DNA of 64,000 nt, from the NCBI GenBank assembly GCA_949287895.1, contig CASEIS010000118.1:2808-66807 (forward strand), in the 5' to 3' direction. The stretch is from an uncultured Bacillota bacterium (GTDB lineage: Bacteria; Bacillota; Clostridia; Christensenellales; Borkfalkiaceae). A model generated the notes under the pieces. That model did not search any database. It was not told the DNA's origin and saw only the letters and a list, made by a program, of their open reading frames with translations. Position numbers and translations under genes: made by a program. Below, piece after piece: positions 56,733 through 64,000 of the stretch. Position 1 is the stretch's first letter, and every line of letters starts with the position of its first letter.

Positions 56733-59123
56733 TTATGCACCGTAGCCCCACTGCTCTCCTTGAAAGAGAATATTGTCGCCCGTCGCATAACTTATTGCTT
56801 GCAATGTATTCTCCGAAACAGTATTGCTCGACGAAGATGTAGAAACCGCCAGCCCGCCGATACCGCCGCAGTAAGCACGGCCAAAGTAAGTCGTCCCGGA
56901 CGAATAGTCGATGTCGTTTTCGGTTGCCGCACCCTTGACGTCGGCAGTTATTTTGCTGCTTTGAACAGTGCACCCCGTGACGTAAGCCGTTTGTGCCACA
57001 GAATAATACAGCCGATCGCCGCCCGCACCGACAATGCCGCCGGCATTGGCCGTCCAACCGTCTGAAACGGCAGACACCTGAACGTTATCCGCCGTACAAT
57101 TTTTGACGGTGCCGACATACGCATGATATCCGCTCATATTTGCCGCGATGGTTACGCCTGCCACGCCGCCGGCCGAACTGATAAGCCATGCCTCCGCCGT
57201 TACGGAGGAATCTTTTACGGTAACATCTTCGATCGTTCCGAAATTCACGCCTGCAACGATCCCTGCGTACACGTCGCCGCGCTGCACGGCCCTGCCGTCG
57301 CTCGCGGCGCCATTATCCGTAACATTGACGGTGCAATTTGTAAAGTTCAAATTCTTGACCGTACCCGTAACGACGCCGAATAAACCCGCATAGTTGTACG
57401 AGTTTTTATAAGTTTCCCAACCGGTGGAGGTCCCGCCCAGCACGGCGTTCGATGCGGAAACGGACATATTTGAGATCGTATGTCCGCCGCCATCCAACGT
57501 GCCGTCAAAGCAATAGTTGTCGACGTTTGTGCCGATGGGCGTCCAGTCGCTGCCGGCAAGGTCGATATCGTCGGTGAGCGTGATCGTCTTGCCGGCATAG
57601 TCGTCTCCGCCGTTCACGTCCTGCGCAAAGTAGCGCAAACCGTTCGCGTTTGAAACGATGTACCCGCCGGTTTCGTGGTCGTAGCTGAACCCGTCGGCGA
57701 TGTACTCGGACAAGAGCGTGACGCCTTCCGAAATATTCCCCGCCGTAACGCCGATGTTGTCGCTCGCAAGGATGGAGATGCCCTCCTGCGAATTTTCCTT
57801 GTTGATCGCCTTGCTATTGATGCCGGTAAAGTTGTTGTTCGCAACGACAACTTCGCCGGGATAGTTTGTGTTGACGCTCACAACGCCGCGGGACGTATCC
57901 TTCAGCTGGAACCCGCTGAAATCGTTGTTTTCGATCGTAACGTCGATGACGAGGTTGTTAGGAACAGTGCCGCCCCAGGCATCTGCATTTTGGCTCATCT
58001 CGTTGACGCGCACGCCATAGCCGCAGCTCGTACCGATAAAACGATTGTCGGAAATGACGCCGCTGACCAGCTTGAGCTTGATGGGCGTGCTGTTATCGCC
58101 CGTCGCTCTGAACACATTGTTGATGATGGTCACGTTCCGCACGCCCGGGTCGTCGTTGCCGATGAGATCCCAAGAACCTGCTTCCAGCGTAAAGCCGTCG
58201 ATGACGACGTCGACATCGTATTTCGCAAACAGGATGGCGCCGCTGCTATAACCGCTGGCCGTACTGCCGATCACCGTCTCTGCCGTGCCGCGAGAGGGGT
58301 CGCCGGCCGACACGCCGGCCTGTGCGCCCTTGAGCGTAAACGATTTATCGACCAGGATCCCGTAACTCAGATCACCGTTGATCGAAGAAGTATATGTATT
58401 TGAAGGCAGGTCGAACTCCCCTGCCGACACATACACGGTGCCGCCGTCGCTGACGGCGTCGATCGCCGCAAGCAGCGCCTGCCCGTTCTCTGCAGCCGAG
58501 CCCGCGGCCGTGACGAACACTTCGTCATTTTTCATCTCCGCGTTGCCCTGCACCGCTTCTACGCTGAAGACGATCTCTGTGCTGAGCTCCTGGCACTCGT
58601 TGCCCGCCGTCGTCGGAAGTTCGACCGTCATTTTGACCGCATTCGGCTGCGACCCTATGGGGAGCGCCTGCCAGATGCCGAATTGGATATCTTCGGCGGC
58701 GATGCGCAGGTTGCTGTAGAGCAGATCGTTGCCTTCATTGCGCATGAGCAGGCGGTATTGTGCATTCACGTTAGAGTTGTTTTTGATGTTGATCGTAAAC
58801 GTCACTTTATCGCCGGGGGTCATGTTCGTCAGGATGAGCGAACCGCCCGCATCGATGGCAGCCGTGCCGCCGTTCGAAAAAGTATCGGTCGTATCATTCG
58901 CGGCATTTGTGCTGTCTGTGATCGTGCCGTCTGCGTCGATCGCCGTGGGCGAATATACGAAGACGGACGAAGTGTCGATCGTCGCCACGACGTCGACCGT
59001 GCCGCTGCTCACCGCGATGTTGATCTTGCTCTCGCTCGTAAACAGCGCCAAGACCGCGCCCGCGATCAGGCTCATGCACAGAACGATCGTCAAGACCGAT
59101 ATCGCTAAAACTTTTTTCCTCAT
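56733..59123 (-). CDS. TasA-domain plus beta-helix/GLUG-like surface protein 2
   Basis: MRKKVLAIS..AVLA-LFTSES signal, PGDK..EAVQGNA domain, pectin-lyase-like strands, WTPIG..FDGTLDG module. Confidence 0.78.
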   Translation of the reverse strand: MRKKVLAISVLTIVLCMSLIAGAVLALFTSESKINIAVSSGTVDVVATIDTSSVFVYSPTAIDADGTITDSTNAANDTTDTFSNGGTAAIDAGGSLILTNMTPGDKVTFTINIKNNSNVNAQYRLLMRNEGNDLLYSNLRIAAEDIQFGIWQALPIGSQPNAVKMTVELPTTAGNECQELSTEIVFSVEAVQGNAEMKNDEVFVTAAGSAAENGQALLAAIDAVSDGGTVYVSAGEFDLPSNTYTSSINGDLSYGILVDKSFTLKGAQAGVSAGDPSRGTAETVIGSTASGYSSGAILFAKYDVDVVIDGFTLEAGSWDLIGNDDPGVRNVTIINNVFRATGDNSTPIKLKLVSGVISDNRFIGTSCGYGVRVNEMSQNADAWGGTVPNNLVIDVTIENNDFSGFQLKDTSRGVVSVNTNYPGEVVVANNNFTGINSKAINKENSQEGISILASDNIGVTAGNISEGVTLLSEYIADGFSYDHETGGYIVSNANGLRYFAQDVNGGDDYAGKTITLTDDIDLAGSDWTPIGTNVDNYCFDGTLDGGGHTISNMSVSASNAVLGGTSTGWETYKNSYNYAGLFGVVTGTVKNLNFTNCTVNVTDNGAASDGRAVQRGDVYAGIVAGVNFGTIEDVTVKDSSVTAEAWLISSAGGVAGVTIAANMSGYHAYVGTVKNCTADNVQVSAVSDGWTANAGGIVGAGGDRLYYSVAQTAYVTGCTVQSSKITADVKGAATENDIDYSSGTTYFGRAYCGGIGGLAVSTSSSSNTVSENTLQAISYATGDNILFQGEQWGYGA

Positions 59124-59239
59124 TGCTATCCTCCCTCTGACCTTTCAGGCGGCGCCGCGAATGTCGATCCGCGGCGCAACCCGCTGCCAATTTCATACAC
59201 TTTCTGCGCCGCTACGCCGCATGAGGCGGCGGCATTCAC

Positions 59240-62122
59240 TCACTGAATAACGATCGTAAGGTTGGATGTTTCGACGCCGCTGTAATTGACCGTGGCCACA
59301 CAGATATCTCCCGCAGTCGTTCCGCTGACGGTGCCGTCGTTGGTGCATCCGATGATGTTGGCGATGAGTTCATAATACCCCATGTTGCCCTCGATGCCGA
59401 GCGCGCCGGCAATGCCGCCCGCCCTGTTCGAGCCGGTGATCGTGCCGTGGTTTACACAGTTTTCGATGGTCGGAGCCAAGTGATCGACACTGTCATCATA
59501 TCCGGTCAGGAAGCCGACAATGCCGCCGGCGCCATAGCCGCTATTATCGGTTACAGCACCATTGTTGATGCAATTGACGATTTTTGTATTGCCGCCGGCA
59601 TTGTACGCCGTACCGACGATGCCGCCGGCCTGCTGTCCGCCATTGACCGTCGCTTCATTAACACAGTTGGTAACGGTGACGTCTTCGCTGACGATGCACC
59701 CGATGACGCCGCCCGTATAGTAGTTGCCCTTCACGTTGCCGGAAACAGTGACGTTTTCAACGGTGCCGTTTCTGATCCTGCCGACGAGGATGCCGACCGC
59801 ATTGCCTGCCGCCGCGACGGATGCCTCTGCGATCGTAACATTTTTAAGTGTTACGCCCGCCGCAGCATACCCGAACAAGCCGATATTTCCTACATTGCCA
59901 TCATTATTATTGATCGTAAGCCCGGTGATCGTCTTTTCGTTTCCGTCAAATGTGCCGGCGAACCTAGAACTACTCTGCCCGATGGGCGTCCACTCGATAT
60001 TTTCGAGATCGATATCCGCCGTGAGAGTGATCGTCTTTCCCGCGAAGGTATCGCCGCCGTTTACGAGCTGCGCAATGTATCGCAGTTCGGCCGCTCCGGA
60101 AACGAAAAATTCTGTGCGCTCATCCTGCACCATCTCTCCGGAGAAGCCCGCATCGAACGTACCGCCTTTGATAATGGTGGGCGCGTTGCCGTCTACGCGG
60201 ATATAATCGTGAATAAGGTCGGCAAAGGTGCCGTCGTTTACGGTGATGGAACCGGTACCGCTCGCACCAAAGAACGCGATGTCATTGTTTGCGTTCCTCG
60301 TATAGGTGCCGCCATTGAGCACGACTTCGCCGTCGTTTGAAGTATAGACGATGCGCCAAAGGTTCGTTTCCGTGCCATAACCGAGGGTATAGCTGCCGTC
60401 ATTCACGGTGACGAGGCCGCCATCGGAAGAGATCAGCCCGTTGGTCCTGCCATAAGCATGCGCGTTCTCGATCGTGAGCGACGCCTCGCCGCTTTCGATG
60501 GGCCCGCTCGCAAAGACATATGCGTAGCCGCCTTTGGTGTAATTATCGCAGGCGGTAAAGTAACCGCCATTGATGGTCATCGTATTGTAATTGCGCACCG
60601 CGTTGCCGCGATTGACGCCGTTCGCGTTTTCGCGGTCGGTATCGCTGTCGCCGAACGTACCGTTGTTCACGATCATCGTGCCATAATTCTCCAACACGTG
60701 GCGGCCCTGCGCTTCCAGATCCGTCGTATAGACACAGCCGGTATCCGTCACACCGTCGGCATTCGTGTCGTTGATGGTGAGCGTCCCGCGGTTGCAGATC
60801 AGCGTGCCGGCATTGGAGCCGGCGATATCATAGCCGTTGAGGTTGAGAATCGCGCTGACCCCTTCCGGAATGACGAGCTGCTGCGAAGTTTCGATATCGC
60901 CCGCGAGGTCGATCGTGCCGCCCACTTGCAGGGCAAACACAAGTTCTTCCTGCGTATCGATCTCCCTGCCGGACATTTCGACGTCGCCGTCGCCGGAGAC
61001 ATCGACATCGGGGACGGCGACGCCCTCCTCGATGACGAGGTTGGTCGAAGAGCCTGTTGCAGACGTATCGACGGAAATCGCCTCGACCGACGCGCCGAGC
61101 ACGATCTCGACCGTCGCATTGGAGCTTTCTGAAGGCTTAGCCACGACCGTGCCGACCGACGCGCCCGCCTCCACGACGGCGCGCCCGCTGTTGACCGTCA
61201 GCGTATCGACGTTGCCGTACACGTGCAGAGAGTTCCCCGCGACGGAGGTCGCGGTGATGCTGCCGGCATCGCTATAGACGTTCACGGTGCCGCTCGGGGC
61301 ATCGATCGTCAGCGAGCCGACCTTATAGCCGCAGACATAGATGGTCTTGCTATCTTCATAACTGATGCTGACGGTTGCATTTGCCCAAGTTGAGGCCGAA
61401 CCGCCGAACACGATCTTGTCGCCGTCCTTCAAGTTGCTGATTACACTTGAAAGAGCATCCGCGCTTTCCACGATATGGACGACGGCGGCATCTTCGCTCT
61501 GCACAGGGGCGTTGCCCTGCACCGCTTCGATGGTGAACAGCAGCGAGCAGCTCTGCCCCTGCGCCGAATTGTTCACATATGCAGGGAGCTCGACCGTAAC
61601 ATACAGCGATTCCGTCGCGGCATCCGAAGCCTTGCTGACCCACGGGGTGCTCACGGCGGCATAGTTATAAGTGCCGTCCGCCGCAGTAGAGACGCCCACC
61701 ATGAGCTGGCGATATAACACTTCGCTGCCGTCTGCCATGCCGAACGTCATGCGCCGCTGATAGGCGACGTTCGAATTGTTTTCAATGCTGATCGCAAAGG
61801 TCACTTTGTCGCCCGGGGCCACATTCGTCAAAACGAGCTTACCGGTTGCGTCGATGACAGCCGTGCCGCCATTGACGAAGGTGTCGTTTGTATCATTCGC
61901 GGCATTCGCAGCGTTTGTGATCGTGCCGTCTGCACTGATCGCCGTGGGCGAATATACGGAGACGGTCGAAGGGTCGATCGTCGCCACGATGTCGACCGTG
62001 CCGCTGTTCACCGCAATGTTGACCTTGCTCTCGCTCGTAAACAGCGCCAAGACCGCACCCGCGATCAGGCTCATGCACAGCACGATCGTCAAGATCGATA
62101 TCGCTAAAACCTTCTTCTTCAT
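59240..62122 (-). CDS. TasA-domain plus beta-helix/GLUG-like surface protein 1
   Basis: Same signal peptide and TasA-like domain; WTPIG..FAGTFDG module and GGIVG repeats; no LPXTG or TM anchor seen. Confidence 0.78.
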   Translation of the reverse strand: MKKKVLAISILTIVLCMSLIAGAVLALFTSESKVNIAVNSGTVDIVATIDPSTVSVYSPTAISADGTITNAANAANDTNDTFVNGGTAVIDATGKLVLTNVAPGDKVTFAISIENNSNVAYQRRMTFGMADGSEVLYRQLMVGVSTAADGTYNYAAVSTPWVSKASDAATESLYVTVELPAYVNNSAQGQSCSLLFTIEAVQGNAPVQSEDAAVVHIVESADALSSVISNLKDGDKIVFGGSASTWANATVSISYEDSKTIYVCGYKVGSLTIDAPSGTVNVYSDAGSITATSVAGNSLHVYGNVDTLTVNSGRAVVEAGASVGTVVAKPSESSNATVEIVLGASVEAISVDTSATGSSTNLVIEEGVAVPDVDVSGDGDVEMSGREIDTQEELVFALQVGGTIDLAGDIETSQQLVIPEGVSAILNLNGYDIAGSNAGTLICNRGTLTINDTNADGVTDTGCVYTTDLEAQGRHVLENYGTMIVNNGTFGDSDTDRENANGVNRGNAVRNYNTMTINGGYFTACDNYTKGGYAYVFASGPIESGEASLTIENAHAYGRTNGLISSDGGLVTVNDGSYTLGYGTETNLWRIVYTSNDGEVVLNGGTYTRNANNDIAFFGASGTGSITVNDGTFADLIHDYIRVDGNAPTIIKGGTFDAGFSGEMVQDERTEFFVSGAAELRYIAQLVNGGDTFAGKTITLTADIDLENIEWTPIGQSSSRFAGTFDGNEKTITGLTINNNDGNVGNIGLFGYAAAGVTLKNVTIAEASVAAAGNAVGILVGRIRNGTVENVTVSGNVKGNYYTGGVIGCIVSEDVTVTNCVNEATVNGGQQAGGIVGTAYNAGGNTKIVNCINNGAVTDNSGYGAGGIVGFLTGYDDSVDHLAPTIENCVNHGTITGSNRAGGIAGALGIEGNMGYYELIANIIGCTNDGTVSGTTAGDICVATVNYSGVETSNLTIVIQ

Positions 62123-62141
62123 CGTTCAATCTCCCTTTGCA

Positions 62142-62762
62142 TTATGCGTTCGTCTTTTGCAGCGCATAAACTTGCAAGTCAAACTCTAAACCGGCATTCT
62201 GCGCGGCATTGTTGTTGCTGTTGTCAGTAAACTCTGCGCGCACCGTAAAGGTCTGCGCGTCGCCCCCCGCATAAAATGCGCCGAGGTCGATGTCGACCGC
62301 ATCGTCGAGCATGAACTGCCCCTTCTGTACGCCGCCTGCAGAGATGGTGATCTGAATTTGATCCGCCAGCGCAAGCTCCAGCGCCTCGGCGTCGTTGTCC
62401 TCATTCCAAAGAATGCGCACGCCGTAATCGAAGGCGACATCGCCAAAATTACGCACGCGGATCTCCGCCTCGTACCAGCAGCCGGGGACGATCGTATTGA
62501 CGTCGAACAGCACGCTCGTATCGTCTACAAGGTCGACCATCGTCGTGTCCTTCTCTCCTACAACCAACATGCCGTTTGTTTCGTCAAGCTCACGGCTCTG
62601 GTAGCCGATACGCTCCAGCCCGACCTGCAGCGTCCCCGCCTGCAGGTGGTTGTTGACGGTAAAACAATCGGAAAACAGTGCATAGGTCGCACCCAACAGC
62701 AGCGCAAGGCAAAGACAAATCGTTACCAGCGCCACGATCACAGCGCGGATCCTTTTACCCAT
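62142..62762 (-). CDS. TasA/camelysin-family protein with SipW-type signal peptide
   Basis: GATYA-LFSD, N..QAGTL, IVPG, NFGDV and C-terminal AQNAGLEFDLQVYALQ pattern. Confidence 0.8.
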   Translation of the reverse strand: MGKRIRAVIVALVTICLCLALLLGATYALFSDCFTVNNHLQAGTLQVGLERIGYQSRELDETNGMLVVGEKDTTMVDLVDDTSVLFDVNTIVPGCWYEAEIRVRNFGDVAFDYGVRILWNEDNDAEALELALADQIQITISAGGVQKGQFMLDDAVDIDLGAFYAGGDAQTFTVRAEFTDNSNNNAAQNAGLEFDLQVYALQKTNA

Positions 62763-62925
62763 AGACACACCTCCCGTTCAATTTGCGCCGCTGCAAGACA
62801 AACGCATCGACGCTATCGACGACCGCCGAAGCGGTCGATGAATACGATCACCGGGCGCGCGCACGAAAATGTGCGCGCAGCGCCCCGATCGTGCCGCGCA
62901 CGCACAGGCGCGCCCGACATCTCAC

Positions 62926-63129
62926 TTATCGACGCACCTGCGCATCCCGCTCCGGCTCGTCCGCAGCGGGCGCTACCTCCTCCGAAACATCGCCCTGCGG
63001 CTGCTGTGCCTGCACAGGCACAGCACGGTCTGCGCGGTCTCCGCGCACGAGATCGATGATCACAACCACGATCGCGAAAACGCTCACGATCCCTGCCCAA
63101 ATCATAAACAAAATCAGTGCAAGTTTCAT
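62926..63129 (-). CDS. Small single-pass membrane protein
   Basis: RBS GGAGGTG; hydrophobic N-terminus and acidic tail; lies inside the operon. Confidence 0.55.
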   Translation of the reverse strand: MKLALILFMIWAGIVSVFAIVVVIIDLVRGDRADRAVPVQAQQPQGDVSEEVAPAADEPERDAQVRR

Positions 63130-63149
63130 TTCCGGCACCTCCTTATTTT

Positions 63150-63995
63150 TCACGCTCCGGCGTCCGGCGGATCAGACTGTTCCGCTTTCGGCTCCTCTGC
63201 CGACAGGCCGCTCTCCTGCGGCGCGCTCTCTGCCGCACAGTCCGCTCCGCTTGCCGTCGCTTCCGCCAAACGGCGCTTCAACTCCTCGATCTCCTCGTCC
63301 TTTTTCTTCTGCTCTGCCTGCAAGTCGTCCTTTTTCTTTTGCGAAAAGACGCCGACGATGCGGATAACTTCCAGCGCGATGATGATCAGGCACGGAACGA
63401 TGATGATCAAAAACAGGCCCCACGGGCTGCGCACCGCCGTAAACAGGTACCCGAGTACGACGCTCTTGCCCGTCACTTTGCCCAAAACATAATTCGGGCT
63501 GTCGGTCTGCGAAGTGTCGATGACCTGCTGCAAGACGCCGGACTCTGTATTTTTATTGTCGCCCGCCAACGTAATGGTATAGCCGCCGTTGGCGTTCGGA
63601 ATGATCTCGATAATGCGGTGCGTGATCGTCTCCTGCTCGGTATAGACGTAGCGAAACGTGAGTACGTCGCCCACCTGCAGCTCGCCGTACCAAGCGGAGG
63701 CTTCCTCCTCGCCTTCGGGGACCCGCTCGATAAAAATGAGCGAATGGACGGGAATATCTTTGATCTTGTACCCGCTCACGTCCGTTTGGTCGCACTTTTC
63801 CATCGACGGCGACAGTACGAGGCGCATCTCATGCCCGAACAGTTCGACAGCCCCGTCCACATCCCGCTTTGCCGTGATCGTCAGGATCAGGCCGAGCAGA
63901 CACAGCAAGAAAAAACAAACGAACAGAACGTCGACAACGATCGACAAGACCTTTTTGATCTTTGCGTATTTTGCCTCTTTGATAGATTCCGACAC
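63150..63995 (-). CDS. sipW: SipW/Sec11-type (S26B) signal peptidase I
   Basis: VLSPSME (Ser), GDVLTF, ITHRII (His), AGDN; TM segments at both ends; start is at the window edge. Confidence 0.8.
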   Translation of the reverse strand: MSESIKEAKYAKIKKVLSIVVDVLFVCFFLLCLLGLILTITAKRDVDGAVELFGHEMRLVLSPSMEKCDQTDVSGYKIKDIPVHSLIFIERVPEGEEEASAWYGELQVGDVLTFRYVYTEQETITHRIIEIIPNANGGYTITLAGDNKNTESGVLQQVIDTSQTDSPNYVLGKVTGKSVVLGYLFTAVRSPWGLFLIIIVPCLIIIALEVIRIVGVFSQKKKDDLQAEQKKKDEEIEELKRRLAEATASGADCAAESAPQESGLSAEEPKAEQSDPPDAGA

Positions 63996-64000
63996 GGCGC

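Overview
Core-genome segment of a GC-rich Clostridia-like (Bacillota) chromosome, probably spanning the replication terminus; the taxonomy is inferred from gene content. Left to right: pyrK/pyrD, a Trp T-box controlling trpB2, galM, ddh, a paaK-iorAB-paaK-ACT cluster, lysA, SRP RNA, two tRNA-Leu genes, lexA, a U32 protein with mutS2, DNA-repair genes, tex, acpP, polA-coaE, a complete glycogen operon, two trypsin-like lipoproteins, a lone Xer-type recombinase with hflX, and a minus-strand SipW/TasA-domain surface-protein operon. No IS, prophage or CRISPR array was seen. Four signals are not explained by the annotation: (1) an asymmetric 29-bp motif (consensus near GATCTATGTCnnRCATAGTACTnTGCAAA) in 11 copies, whose orientation flips across a candidate dif site; (2) that 11-6-11 candidate dif site, about 210 bp upstream of the recombinase; (3) three mosaic TasA-domain adhesin fusions served by a SipW peptidase; (4) a coupled lipoprotein pair with three HtrA-like domains, only one of which looks active. 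All calls come from reading the sequence by eye; no searches were run.
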